Assembly (NCBI GenBank): GCA_964016885.1 | Contig: OZ024742.1 | Coordinates: 276,830,001 to 276,894,000, forward strand | Origin: Eledone cirrhosa | Taxonomy: Eukaryota | DNA length: 64,000 nucleotides | Reading direction: 5' to 3' | Shown: positions 24,760-37,900 of the stretch, in pieces | How the letters are laid out: each line of letters starts with the position of its first letter | Numbering within the stretch: the stretch's first letter is position 1 | Program-made: the position numbers and the translations under genes | The notes under the pieces: generated by a model | Told to the model about the DNA's origin: nothing | Database searches by the model: none | Seen by the model: only the letters and a program-made list of their open reading frames with translations

Positions 24760-25480
24760 AAATTTGAAAGCTCACATCACCAACCACCCAGATGCTCTTG
24801 CAGAAAGCTGGAATCAAGCCCTCTACAACAACAGTGTAACACACCTGCAGTCATCTACGAGGCTGAAGTTACATCCACCCAACCGAATCAACAGCAGAAG
24901 GTCAAGACATATGTAGGTATGCTGGAGGGCCAGTTTAAAGAAGGCTTCCTTAACCATCAGATGCCATCTAGACACTTTGACAAGCAATCGTCCACAAAGC
25001 TGGCAAGCCACATATGGTCACTAAAGCATGCAGGCATAAACTTCTCCATCCAATGGAAAATCCTCACAAAATTGAGATTATACGTAAATGGAACAAAGTC
25101 CTTAAGTTGTGCATCAATGAAGGAGCAAATATGTTGCAGCGGTTCGTGCTTGCCTTAACACAAGAGCCAATTTTTTTTAATTGCTGCTCCCATGCTGTAA
25201 AATTTCTAGTCTAACTGGAAAGACCCAGGATAACCAGAAGTATAACCTGGGCCAAACTATCACAAGGGATTGTTCTTCAAAAGTTGTCCCCCTACAACAG
25301 TTATACTCAAGTTACCTCCCTTGTCGTAGCCTCAACCACTGACATCTGCTGTGCAGAATCCAACCATCTCATAAATACTTCCGTTCTTGCTATAGCCATA
25401 CACAAGTTGAAGAATCCTTCGGGTGAAACACGTGTTCTCAAGTAGTATGGTTTGTTAATTTGTTGTGGAACTCTCTCTCT
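24760..25480 (+). mobile_element. Penelope-like remnant: GIY-YIG endonuclease plus 3' hammerhead-like motif
   Basis: TYVGMLEGQFKE..NH....STKLASHIWSLK..IQWKIL; tTGAAGA-atccTTCGggt-GAAACACGTGTT at 25407-25436. Confidence 0.75.
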
Positions 25481-27487
25481 CTCTCTATATATATATATAC
25501 ACACACACAGATATGATGGTTCTTTTTACAGTTTCCATTTATGAAGTTCATTAATAAGGCATTGTTTGGCTTGAAACTATAGAAAACACTTGTACAAAAT
25601 ATGTAGGATAGAATCCAAGAGTAAGTGGTTGTGTGTGTATATACATTTTGCCAATGTAAAGATCAGTGAGGAAACAGAAAAACCAATGTTTCTTTCAAAA
25701 TAAAAGCAGAAAAATATTTGTTTCTGCATCATTGGAAATACATTGGACAACTTAGAGAATAACTTGCACAGAACTTTTGAAATATCAAATGGAACAAAAT
25801 AGTGTGACTCTGTCTTACAAGAAAACTCTCTTCATCTAGCACTCTAATTCTAAACAAAAGAAAAAGTGTCACTAGAGATAGTTTACATGTGCATGTGTGT
25901 ATGTATGTGTATGTTTGTATTTGTTTACCTCTTTTCTTCCCTTCACATTTAACATCACAGGTAATGTACCACATAAGAAAAATCCTGCCACTCATCGATT
26001 AAATGTGCAAAGTTCTCACCCTGCTAGAGACAGCAGCAAAGTCTCCTTATATGACATTCTACTGTCTTGTATATACAAAAAGACGAGATGGTCACAGATG
26101 GTTTATAAATTTCATTTGCTTCAGTTTGTAGATAGCTTTGGATTGTTGTAGATTTGGTCTTAGTTATGTCTGTATATGTCATACCTCGGTATGGTGTGGA
26201 CTGAATTCCATGTAGACTGGCCTCTGACATAAAGGTCCCATGGCAGGATCAGCTATTATTGCATTTATTTGAGTTTGTGGATGACATTGGATTAGTATAG
26301 ATTTGTTTATGTTCAAGTTAAGGAAATTGATATTATATATATATATATACACATGTTACAATTAGTTATGTATATACACTTGATATAATCAATTGCATTT
26401 AACTTTTTGGGTCAATTGGACAGCCTATTATGTGAAGTGATATTCAAAGCTTTCAACTATATTTTATTATTCCTTTCACTCATACAAAACTGTTTGCATG
26501 AAATCATCACATGTACCATATTACATTCCTTTTCTCAGAATGTTTAGTATAATTTCAAATCTTGTGATATTGTCACTGCTTTTTGCTGCCCATGCAACTG
26601 GATCTCTGGTACTTACTGCTCTACTATTTACTGCACCATGCCATCGATATAATGATGTATCACCATCCTCATCACTTTACCTTTCCCATCAAGATGCCAG
26701 TGTATCAGGGATAGCATTGATCTATTTGTATTTAATACACCCTACAGTTACATTTTCTGTACTGTCAGCTATCACAACCTCTCCACCAGACAACATGTTC
26801 TTAACATCAAATTCTCTCTATTACTCAATCTCTCCCTCATACTTGGAAATATGTAGCTGTCATCACTGTCTCTCTCTTCTATTACTCCCTCTTCTACCAC
26901 ACTCTCACTCCAATCAAGCTGTTGCTTCCATCAAACCTTTGCTTCCTTTACCCATTCACTCTGGTTATTTTTCTGCCATTGCTCTCCTCACTTGCTTGGT
27001 TATACTACTTTGAAAGGGTGGAGATACCATTGACTATCCACTTGAGGGGAACAAGGTGACCTCACTAGTGTCAATACCACAATAAAATGTATCCAGTACA
27101 CTTTGTATAGTGACTGGTATTAGAAAGAGCATTCCACCATAGAAATCATGCCAAAAATAAAATGCCTAAGCAAAGTATGGTCCTAAGACCTGTCTAGGAG
27201 GGTAGTAACTCTGAATAAGAATTAACTTGGATCACCCATTCAACCCATGCCAGTATGGAAAGCAGATGTAAAAATGATATTGATGATTTTTTACACACAC
27301 AATAGGTTTCTCCACAGTTTCTGTCTACCAAATTTCACTCACAAGGTGTTGGCTGATTTGTAAGTATGATGTAAGGTTCTTGACCATGGTGCTGACCATT
27401 CAGACTGAACCAAGCACCACATGGTTGTTAACTACAGTCATAGTCATACCAGTACAACATTGCATGATGGATAAAATAATCATTAAA

Positions 27488-27560
27488 CAGGGTGTCCCCT
27501 AAAAATGTATACACACTTTGATTAGAATGCTGATGTACGTATATATTGGGGGACACCCTG
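27488..27560. mobile_element. Tc1/mariner-type mini-MITE (73 bp)
   Basis: TIR CAGGGTGTCCCC / GGGGACACCCTG followed by TA. Confidence 0.7.
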
Positions 27561-27661
27561 TATATAAACTCAAGGTAACTATCTATTTCTAGTTTGGTAA
27601 ACAGAACCATTTGTGAAATGAAGTATTTTTAGCAATGGAATCAGTGATATGGTATGAATTA

Positions 27662-28259
27662 TTAACCCTTCAGTAGGCAACTCAACATCCTTTTGGCTTA
27701 CCCAGTGGTAACTTTCAGAAATTCATATAAGGTAACTGTAATTGTAGATCGTGAAAATGATTAGTTTTGAGAGAAATGTTGAAAACTTAACTTTGAAGCA
27801 ATGTAATAAAATGTAATGGTGATGATAAAGTCAGATCTGAATATTTTGAGTGTCCATGTTACATAAAATGTACAGAAAACAAATCAAATTAAGAAATGAA
27901 AACTGTAAGTTTTGTTAAGACAACAAAAGCTTTGAAAAGCATGCAGTGGAAAACTAGAATTCTACATATTTACTAAAAAACAAAAACAATAAAAATAAAT
28001 AGTAATAAAACATCAAGGTGATGATCCCAACACAGGGGTCTTTTTTATTTCTATTTATTTTTACTGGAAGCTTTTTGTTATGTGAAGCTTTTTGTTATGT
28101 AAAATCTAGCTTTTGCTGTAATTCGTATATTAAAGCTTTTCTTAAAAAGAAAACAATGATGGCAGATGCATAATGACTGGTGATGTGTAAGGTCAATTAC
28201 ATGATATGAGGTGAACTGGCGTGCATTGATGTTTAAAGGGACAACTACTAAAAGGCTAA
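27662..28259. mobile_element. Degenerate piggyBac-like non-autonomous element
   Basis: TTAA-CCCTTCAGTAG...CTACTAAAAGG-CTAA imperfect termini. Confidence 0.45.
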
Positions 28260-28481
28260 CCTACAAACCCATTCACTGTGGCTGTGAATATATGGTACAT
28301 TGAATATTGTTGAGCACAATATCATCCACAACAGTGAAGGGGTTTACCCCTAACAGCTAAAAATAAAAATGGTACACAAATAAATAAATAGAAAAGTCTA
28401 AAGAGAAAAGAGAACTAATAGCAAGGGATAAAGTATGAGAGGAATGACCTTTTTGAACAAGGAATATATATTATACAGTAC

Positions 28482-28849
28482 CTGCCGCTTCACACAACAA
28501 CATATCAATACCAACATCCTCCCCATTGCCATCATCTGCCAAACACTGTGGCCCACCTTCTTTCTTCAGAACTGCAGCATAGCTATGTTTGTGAGCTGCA
28601 GCTGTGGCTCCACTCCACTGTGTTGGAGTAGAGACCCATTCTTGGTCAGCTGGACACTTTGTAGGGTGGGGCAAGAGCTTACCTGGTGGTGTGCCGGAGA
28701 GTACAGAAGTTGCATCAGCAGTGACCAGAGATTGCTGCTCAGACCTGTGTACACTGGCAGCATAGCTCACTGGTGGGTTAGACTGATTTTGGTCTTTGCT
28801 AGTCGACTGGACATCAGCCAATGAACTTCCACACTCAACACCAGTTAAT
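28482..28849 (-). CDS. WIPI2: WIPI2 penultimate exon (LTGVECGSS...), with an alternative in-frame donor at 28683
   Basis: tttgcag acceptor, phase 2; donors CAG/gtaagc (28683) and CAG/gtactg (28482), both phase 1. Confidence 0.78.
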
Positions 28850-29484
28850 CTGCAAAAGAAGTAAAGAAATGACTCATTTTTCAAATCATGAAAAATCTAA
28901 TAAGTTTTTAAAAAATAACTGTCCATTTTTAACTCATAACATTCTGTAATGACTGAGCAGAAAATATCTAAAAATGGGTTAGCTAATTCAAATGTTTATA
29001 GTATCTTTATTAGTGGATAAATTGCTGTCGACATTTGCAGTAAATGAAACTAAAGACTTCAAATATTATGTAATGAAGTCATAGTGATGTTTTGTACTTT
29101 TCAAGACTGTCTTGTTAATGCTGTTTCATGTGGTACAGGACGTTAAGAGTTAATCCATTAGATTTCAACCTGCAGGAGGGAATTTATTTATTTTACACCT
29201 CCATTTTACATACAGCATTTACAATATACCATATATTTTTAATTGAAATTTTGTAAGTTGAGTAGATAAGTCACATACTAGTTATTTTTGTGGGAAATTG
29301 TGCAATTTATACATGAGTATATACAATATATATTAGAGGTCAATTGGAAAGGGCAATAAGTGGGATACAGACAACAGTCTTTAAGCAAGTTATACTAACT
29401 TGTAGTGAGGTTTGTAGTCTATTATTGATTATGCCCCATGTTAGTTCTAATTGAGCAGACTTATGATCAAAATGAGTTTCCTAT

Positions 29485-29950
29485 CATTTGAAAGCTAAGA
29501 TCTTTGATACTTACATCCTACCAGTTGTGTTATATGGTCTTGACTCTGTTAATTGGATGACAATGTCACTTCAGAAGCTCTCTACATTCCAGAACCACAT
29601 CATGAGACATATGATTGGCAAGCGACTCAGTGACCGTATCTGTATCAGTGAGCTGCTCAACATTACCAAACTTAGATAAATTACATCAATTGTCAAGTCA
29701 AGAGTACTCAAACTATACGGTCATATAAAAAGATCAACTCATGGTGTGCGTAGGTTATGCCTGGAAGGAAGGTTGGCTGGTAAGAGAAGCAGAGGCTGGC
29801 AGCCAAAACGATGGCTTGACAATGTCAACTTATGGGCTGGACTTGATTTTTGCTCTTTAAACTCTGCTGGTGGTAATCGAACTTTGTGGAGAAAAATATC
29901 TCATGTTGATACGCAGTCCGCAACTGGTGGAGTTTAGCGTCATAAGAAGA
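29485..29950 (+). mobile_element. Old RTE-type LINE 3' fragment (different family)
   Basis: KIFDTYILPVVLYG, LYGHIKR, GKRSRG..KRWLDNV. Confidence 0.75.
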
Positions 29951-30964
29951 ATGATCAAAGATGTTCCAGCTATGACCATCTAGTTTTTGTTAAATGTATT
30001 AAAGGTATAAGGCATTCGGGTCTACATTATTCTTGATGTGTATGTCTCCATACCTTTTTGAAGACTAGGATGTGATTTGAATGAGATTTGGCTGCTATTT
30101 CTAACAGAGTGTGCAACCACACAGAGCCCCCTTACTCTTTATTTAGGCCCAGATGATAACCACAGCAAAGACAAGCAAGGTGGACAGTCAACTTTCTTCA
30201 ATACTTATTCCATATAAGGTGCACTGGGTGTGTTTTTCATGACACCAGCACTACCACTTTACAGAGTGTACTAGGTGCATTTTAACATCATAAAATGATG
30301 GTGATGATGATGACAAAAAGACAAAGAAAACTGGTTACCTTGCATCATATCAATATATTTTGAGAAACTAGAAGTATAGTGTATAAGGTGTTTGGCTCAC
30401 AATTGTAAGGTCATGAATTGGATTCCCAATAGTCCATTGTGTCCTTGAGCAAGACACTTTACTTCATGTTGCTCTAATCCACTCAATTGGAAAAAAAATA
30501 AGTTGTATCTGTAATTCATTGAGCCAGCCTTATCACACATTTTATCATGTTGAATCTTGTTCTGAATTACCTTAAGGGTACACATGGCTGTGGAATGCTC
30601 AGTCACTTGCCATGTAGTATCAGTTCCTTGTTTTAAATGAGGCTGTATACAACATAGATGTCCTGAATTCTCTTCCTTGCCATTTGTATTTAAAAAAAAA
30701 AAAGTGACATTTCTTAAACTGCTATAGATAAATAATTGTTTCTACTATTGGCACAAGGCCAGCAATTATCCCAGTACATTACTCGTACCTTATTTTATTG
30801 ACCTCGTAAGGATGAAAGGCTAAGTTAACCTCGGCGGGATTTGAACTCAGAATGGCAAGGGCCGTAACTCTCTGCGTCAAAGCATGGCGTCCGACCGTCT
30901 ACCGATACTGCCAATTCACCGCCCTCTATAGAACTATAGATAAATAATAATACATAATACTTAC

Positions 30965-31072
30965 CTATGTTGGCGCAGCAGTACACACTCTCCCCCTTCC
31001 TTGGGATCGATGTTGAAAACATACAGATAACCATCTTGGGATGCTACCAATAAATGTAATACATTCTGGATT
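30965..31072 (-). CDS. WIPI2: WIPI2 exon ([36 protein letters not shown])
   Basis: 108 bp, AG/GT, phase 2-2; matches [36 protein letters not shown]. Confidence 0.95.
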   Translation of the reverse strand, partial: NPECITFIGSIPRWLSVCFQHRSQGRGRVCTAAPT

Positions 31073-32138
31073 CTGTAACAAACAAAATAAACTGATAAAA
31101 TTTGATTTGAAATGTATTTTAATTACATTCATACAGTCAGTACTGCACTCCAGATTTTGACAATTATTTGAATTAACCCTTTAACATTTAAACTGGCAAG
31201 AATTCTCTCACCTCTTTCTCTTCAAACCGGCTGCAACCGGTCGCTTATACTGATGTTAAAGTATTGTTCTCAAAATAAATAACATCAAAATCTCATAGAT
31301 TCGATTTCAATTCAGGATGCAAAGGGTAACTCTATGTCATGAAGCATAGTGTCCTCTGCTCTACCGATACTGCTAATCAGAATTTGAACTCAGAACGCAA
31401 AGGGCCGTAACTCTATGCTGCAAAACAATGACCGATGCACTAGTGATACTGCCAATATATCGCCTATTATTATTATTATTATATGATAATAATAATAATA
31501 ATTGTTTCTACATTTGGCACAAGGCCAGCAAATACCCAGTACGTTACTGGTACTTTATTTTATCGACGCCGTAAGGATGAAAGGCAAAGTTAACCTTGGC
31601 ATGATTTGAACTCAGATCATAAGGGGACGTAACTATGCTGGAAAGCATGTCCGACCCTCTACCGATACTGCCAATTCACCGAATAATGGTTTCTGATTTA
31701 AAGCACAAGGCCAACAATTTTGGGCAAAGGGAATGTCGATTAAATCAATCCTAGTGCATTACTGGTTCTTTATTATCGACCCTGTAAGGATGAAAGGCAA
31801 AGTTAACCTCAGCGGGATTTCAATTCAGGATGTAAAGGGAGATAACTCTATGCCACGAAACATGGTGTCCGCCACTCTACTAATAATTGTTTCTACTTTT
31901 GACACAAGGCCAGCAAATTCCCCAGTGCATTACTGGTACTTTATTTTCCCCAGTGCATTACTGGTACTTTATTTTATCGACCCCGTAAGGATGAAAAGCA
32001 AAGTTAACCTCGGTGGGATTTGAACTCAGAATAGCAAGGGCCGTAACTCTATGCCTCAAAGCATGGCATCCGACCCTCTACCGATATTGCCAATTCACCG
32101 CCCTTATAATGACTATCTTGGAGAGTTTCCAAAGCTGG

Positions 32139-32328
32139 TTAACTCTTTAGTATTTAAACCGGCCAGAATTCTCTCACCGCTTTCCATTCAAACCGGCTAT
32201 AACTAACTACTCATACTTATGTTAAGGTATTGTGCTCAAAATAAATGATATCAAAATTTCATAGATTTGATATTATGTGAAATAAAGTGTTTACCATGAA
32301 AATACAATAGTAAATGATAAAGGGTTAA
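32139..32328 (+). mobile_element. piggyBac-like MITE copy
   Basis: TTAA flanks and family sequence. Confidence 0.75.
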
Positions 32329-32829
32329 AGAACATTAGCCCAGCCCCCTTTTTTGGAACACTCCAAAAGGCATGTCTACTGGAAACAGCAAGGACCCTCA
32401 AATACGTTCTGAATATCTAGGCAGCAGTTAGTAGCATGATGTTTATCAGGGCAAATTTTCCAGTTAAATGACATCAATGACTAAGATATTGAAGTAATAA
32501 TAATTGTTTCTACATTTGGCAGAAGGCCAGCAATTACCCCGTGCATTACTGGTACTTTATTTTATCGACCCCGTAAGTAATAATAATGATTTCTAGTATA
32601 GGCACAAGGCCAGTAATTTGGGGGGAGGGGAAAGTCGACTAAATCGACCCCAGTACGTTACTGGTGCTTTATTTTATCAACTCCGTTAGGATGAAAGGGA
32701 AAGCTAACCATGGCAGGATTTGACAGAACTTAAAGGGCCATAACTCTATGCTGCAAAGCATGGTGTCTGACGCTCTACAGATACTGCCAATCCACTCCCC
32801 TTAATAATAATAATAATAATAATACAAAT

Positions 32830-33730
32830 ACTAAAACAATATGAACGGAATGGTTTGTTTCCTGAAAATCAAGAAATGTTCTTTAATTTACTCAAGGGGA
32901 AATAGTGCTGAAGTTGCACCTAATGCTGAAGAATCCACACAATTAAGGCCAAATCTATCAGGAATGGCAAAAGAGCATAACAAATATGCAAGATGGATAA
33001 ATGAAGTTGAGCTTAAGTTATCTAATGAACCTAAACAGAGATGGGAAAGAATTGCAAAGGAAGACATTCAAGAGCAAGTTATGAAAATGCCAAACTGGAA
33101 ATCTTTTGGACCAGATGGGATTCAAGGATTCTGGTTGGAAAGATTTAAAAGCATTCATTCAAGGCTAGGAAAGCACCTAAATGATTGTGTAATACAGGGA
33201 GAAGTTCTAAGTTGGATGGTTAAAGGAAAAACAACTTTGATAATGAAGGGAATATAAAAGGCGTCATGATAAAGTGTGCTTATACTGTAATTGGTCTTTA
33301 AGTGAAAAACAAATTGCGTTTGCAACTGGGAAATAGCATCAGTACACACCAGCAAAGGTCCTAGAATATCAGACTGTGAAGCTCTTGTGGGACTTTACAA
33401 TCCAAACAGATAGAATTCTTGAAAATACTAGGCCAGACATAACTCTGGTAGGGAAAGATACTGAAATGAGGTGTTTGTTGATCGATGTAGCTTGGCAAGG
33501 AGACCATTACATCAATGGTAAAGAAAGTGAGAAAATTGTAAAGTATTAAGAATATATGTTGAGAGAATGTGGAACATAAAAGCAAGAATGGTACCAATTG
33601 TGACTGGAACACTTGGGTCATTGAAAGAAAACCTCCAGAAAAACCTTGATAGAATTGGAATCAGTCTCAGCATTACAACTTAGCAGAAAACAACACATTT
33701 GGGAATAGTAAATATCCGGCAGAAGGTTGA
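32830..33730 (+). mobile_element. R4/Dong-like (RLE) non-LTR retrotransposon remnant, internally deleted
   Basis: KMPNWKS.GPDGIQGFWL (RT start) and LWDFTIQTDR..RPDI (restriction-like endonuclease); preceded by (TAA)n. Confidence 0.75.
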
Positions 33731-33779
33731 CTGCTAGGGCAAGTGCCCTCTCCCAGTTGTCCTCATATCTACAGGTGCA

Positions 33780-35797
33780 TACTCAGAGCAGACCCATTCA
33801 CTCGGGCCATGCTCACCTCTCTCACTCACCTTTCAACAAACTGCTTAGAAGGCAGCACTTCCCTCGCCACCCTGATTTTCCTCTTCAAGTGAAACCTGAA
33901 AAAGTTAATCAGGGTTTTGCTGAAGAGGAAAGTGCTTGTCTTCAAACATGTCCACCATACAATCTCTTTCACAATGGCCACCAGACAGTTAAAAGCTGCC
34001 TGCTCTTCCTGGCTAAAGGAAGGCAGTGGGGCAATTTTCATGATGGATTCAGCTAATAGTTGGATCCGTTCTACATGGATTGGACAGCAGGTGTTTGACA
34101 TAAACTCACAAGTCAACAATGCTCGGATACAAGACAAGTGCATGCAGTGTGGTTTTGCCACCTTCCATGCATGTTGGACAAGGCCGGTAGACAACACTTC
34201 CATGCCTGTAGAGTTTATCCCAAATGGTAATGCTCCCTGGTAGCACTGCCAGGCTAGGGATTTCTGGAAGTTATCCATGGGCTCTGGACTGAATGCTCTC
34301 TGGAAAAGATTAGCTAGTTGATTATCGTCAATGGCCAAAGTTTCCCCAAGAATGTTGTTACTTTTACCCTCCACTACCCCTTTATAGAAATGCTAAGGTG
34401 GAGCCTCCACTAATTGTACTGCCAGATTGACGAGTACTTCCTTCTCGCTCTTTGCTTAACCCATGACTGCAGCTCCAACAAAGAGACAAGCTGCAGAAAA
34501 AATGATGATCACACCTGTTCATAGTCAAGAAAGATTTGGAAATATTGTAGCCTCAGCACATGTTTGTACATTATCAGCAACGGCATGCCCAGTCCTCCAC
34601 ATAGCAAGCGTTGACAGCAAATGGACCACCTGACCAGTGAAACCTGTCCATTCCACAAACAGCAAAAGAGTAACCGCTCCAGTACAATCAGATTTGGACC
34701 AGGACAAGGCACATCAGTCAGGCGGTAGTAGATGATGGATGCAATCTATGTGTTTCACCTTTCCCTGACCTTTCAGGGTTAGCTTCCTCTTGGCTGATTT
34801 CTGAGTCACAGAGGACACTCTGCTCATTACCTCGTCCTAGTCTATCAAACCAGACTCAGAGCAATTTAACTGGTCAGTCAGTCGAATGACGCTGTTATAT
34901 GGCATGGACCTGCTTCAGGTGCCAAGCTGGAAGCCCACTGACTTTTCCGGGTAAATTTTTGCTCCTGTCTCCGCTATGATGACATTCTTTTCATATGCTG
35001 ACATGGATCTCCCACATCCTAGTTGCACAGGATGCCTCTCAATGTCTCCAATTTATGTAGTAATGGCTCAAGAGAGGACAACCTTAGAAGACCAAGCATG
35101 ATGTTAAACAGTTCCGAAAGGTAACTGTTCACTCTAATCACAGAACAAATGTCACAGTACATTGCAGCGATCTAGGCCCTGAAAACGGGTCCAAAGCTGG
35201 GTGCCTTGAGGTAGTTATGGTCGACCTTATTGAATTCTTTCAACTGATCTAAGTTGATCACAACCCCATCCATACCAGGTTCCTTAGCCACCCTCTCTAT
35301 GATGTATCACATTAGGTAGAGGTTGTCGTGGATGGAGCTGTTCAGGATGGTGCTTGTTTGCGTTTCCCCTTGCAGACCACTGGTGACAAGTGCCAGCTTC
35401 GTTGCTAACAGCTTGGCCAAACTTTTTAACTCTGGCCCCCCTTGTTCAAGTCCTTTCTCAGCAGTGCCACCACTCCATGGCTCACAGAACTGGGAATTCT
35501 CCTGTTCTGCTGTCAGTTTCATTAGACGTCTGACAAGAGGTCACTGAATAAGTCTGGTATATAAACATAAAGACTCATAGAGTACACCATCCAAACCAGG
35601 CAATTTCCCCTTGTGTATCCAATCCCTGTGGTCTAGAGCTGCAACAGGCTATTGAGGTAGGCACTAAAGTCCATCCCGCGATCTGGCCCAGCACCACTCA
35701 TGTCTAAGAGCATACATCCTAGCTCTTACAAGGCAGCCTTCATGCTTTGCATTGAAGAACTGATTGAGAGCTGATCTTGCCGTGAGCATGCCTCTTT
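33780..35797 (-). mobile_element. Degenerate Tx1/L1 ORF2 remnant (RT and C-terminus)
   Basis: Decayed motifs G.DGL, FNKVDHNYL, GCPL, SAYE; C-terminal SLAWQCY.GALP, FFRFHLKRKIRV. Confidence 0.75.
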
Positions 35798-35799
35798 TA

Positions 35800-36810
35800 T
35801 GAGGGTGGGCTGAAAAGTTCATAGGCTGAGTAACCCATGTGAAATCTTGCATGCATTAATTTCAACTCCTCTTATTAATAACTGCATTGTTTCTCTCCAG
35901 GTAAACTGACATCTGACTGTTCATAGAAGACTTCAAAAGTAACTAGTAGCTACTTCTCTTGAAAATGGACAAAATTTGGCATTGTGGTGTTATCAAGTAC
36001 CTGCAGAAAAAGGGTTTAGCCTCCAAGGACATTCATGCTGACATGGTTGCTACATTAGGGGTTGACGTTCCAGCTTTATCAACAGTGCAAAAGTGGGTAG
36101 CTGAATCTAAGAGGGGAAAGAAGAGTCTTGAAGATGACCCAAGGTCTGGATATGCTGCAACTGCCACCAGCAAGGAAAACATTGATCATGTTCGCCACAT
36201 GGTGATGGATGACAGGCAATTGGCTATAAATCAAATAACCAATACTATTAGCATATCCTGTGAGAGAGTTGAGAATATTCTGTACAATGAACTTGGCATG
36301 ATGAAGATATCTGCTTGGTGGGTGCCATGTCTTCTGACACCTGATCAAAAGCACACCAGGCTGATCACATCACGGGAAAATCTGACATTGTTTAAGGTAA
36401 ATTCAGCTGGTTTCCTTGAACGTTTCCTAACCCATGATTACTGTTGGGTTCATCACTTTGAGCCAGAGATAAAGAGACAATCTATGCAGTGGAAACACTT
36501 CTCCTCACCTGCTCCAAAGAAGGCCAAGGTCGTTTCATCTGCAGGAAAGGTGATGGCCTCAGTTTTTTTGGATGCAAAAGGCACTGTGTTTATTGACTAT
36601 CTTCAAAAGGACCACACCAACTTGCTGAGTCAGTTACAGAAGGCTATGAAGACTAAACAGACAGGAAAACTGAAGAAAGGGGTCTTGTTTCATCAGGACA
36701 ATGCTTTAGCACACAAGTCCTTGGTTGCAATTGCTGGCGTGACTGTGGCTTTGAGCTGGTTGATCACTCTCCCTGTTCTCATGATTTGGTCCTATCTGAC
36801 TATCATCTGT
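35800..36810 (+). mobile_element. mariner DNA transposon, 3'-truncated
   Basis: TA-TGAGGGTGGGCTGAAAAGTTC 5' TIR, followed by a transposase ORF. Confidence 0.88.
35965..36810 (+). pseudogene. mariner transposase, degenerate
   Basis: HTH region, EDDPRSG, WVPCLL (WVPHEL-like), THDYCW, HQDNA; frameshift near the third catalytic Asp. Confidence 0.88.
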
Positions 36811-36972
36811 TCATGTTGCTGTTCATGTTGTTGGTGTCCATGTTGCTGTTGTCCATGTTGCTGCTGTCCATGCTGCTGTTGTTCATGTTGTTGGTGTCCA
36901 TGTTGCTGTTGTCCATGTTGCTGTTGTTCATGTTACTGTTGTTCATGTTACTGTTGTTCATGTTGCTGTTGT
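36808..36972. repeat. 15-bp minisatellite (catgttgctgttgtc)n, ~11 units
   Basis: Direct observation. Confidence 0.92.
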
Positions 36973-37283
36973 AGTCAAAGTTTAAAAAGCTTTTTAAGAC
37001 TCTTCCTCCCACTTTGCGATATATTTTCTCTCTATTGCTTTTTAGACATGGTGTCTATTATTTTGTTTATCAGAAAAAAAAAGTGTTGAAATAAAATGTT
37101 TGCCTTGATGACACCCCTGTAGGGTATCCCTCTCCATATTTAATATGCTCACATGCAACTAGCAGGTTTGTTTCCTTAAGCTTTAGTCAAGTCTAAAACT
37201 TGAACAAAAAGTGAAAGTTGGTGAAAAAATCAAAAGTTCAGAAAATTTTTACAACGCCGATGAGAAGCAGGGCTTATATGTCA

Positions 37284-37638
37284 TAATAATTGTTTCTACT
37301 TTTGGCACAAGGCCAGCAATTACCCAGTGTATTACTGATACTTTATTTTATCGACCCCGTAAGGATGAAAGGCAATGTTAACCACGGCGGGATTTGAACT
37401 CAGCATGGCAAGGACCGTAACTCTATGCGTCAAAGCATGGCGTCCAATAATAATAATAATAATGATTTCTACTATAGACATAAGGCCAGTAATTTGGAGG
37501 GAGGGGAAAGCTGATTAAATCGACCCCATAAGGATGAAAGGCAAAGTTAACCTCGGCGGATTTGAACCCAGAACATAAAGGCCCCTAACTCTATGCTGCA
37601 ACGCATGGTGTCTGATACTATACCAATACTACCAAATG

Positions 37639-37670
<32 letters not shown>
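37284..37670 (-). mobile_element. Two tandem Nin-like tRNA SINEs between (AAT)n tracts
   Basis: Same consensus as the 30735 cluster. Confidence 0.8.
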
Positions 37671-37673
<3 letters not shown>

Positions 37674-37900
37674 CATTTTCTATAATAATAGGTGCTCTGG
37701 AAATTATAAAATAACACAGTCATAGACATAACCAAAACCTCAGTACTTACAAATATATACAGCATACAAAAAATAGCAGTATTAGGCACTGAACACTTAT
37801 TACAAAGACTATTATTTTTACAATAGAAACAACAACACTGCACAAACCCAAGGCACAGAGAGCTGTGCTCAGTATTGCAGTGATGTCACACACACAAAAA
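37671..37900 (+). mobile_element. R4/Dong-like LINE 3' fragment
   Basis: IIIGAL..IQKIAVLGTEHLL directly after (AAT)n. Confidence 0.6.

Larger units (their letters stand above)
30735..32820 (-). mobile_element. Cluster of about eight tRNA-derived Nin-domain-like SINEs around a WIPI2 exon
   Basis: Repeated (on -) A box tggcagtatcgg, B box gttcaaatccc, gcctttcatccttacggggtcgataaa body and (ATT)n tails. Confidence 0.85.

Noticed and set aside
26024-26255. Possible extra WIPI2 exon
   Set aside because: Weak acceptor; the available donor gives phase 0, incompatible with the phase-1 terminal exon; no recognisable homology
26498-27013. 171-aa ORF (similarly 48680-49147)
   Set aside because: CT-rich, low-complexity, LINE 3'UTR-like sequence lacking stops by composition; no domain
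36786-37089. Cys-rich, metallothionein-like tail on ORF 35959-37089
   Set aside because: It is the translation of a 15-bp minisatellite read through from a broken transposase
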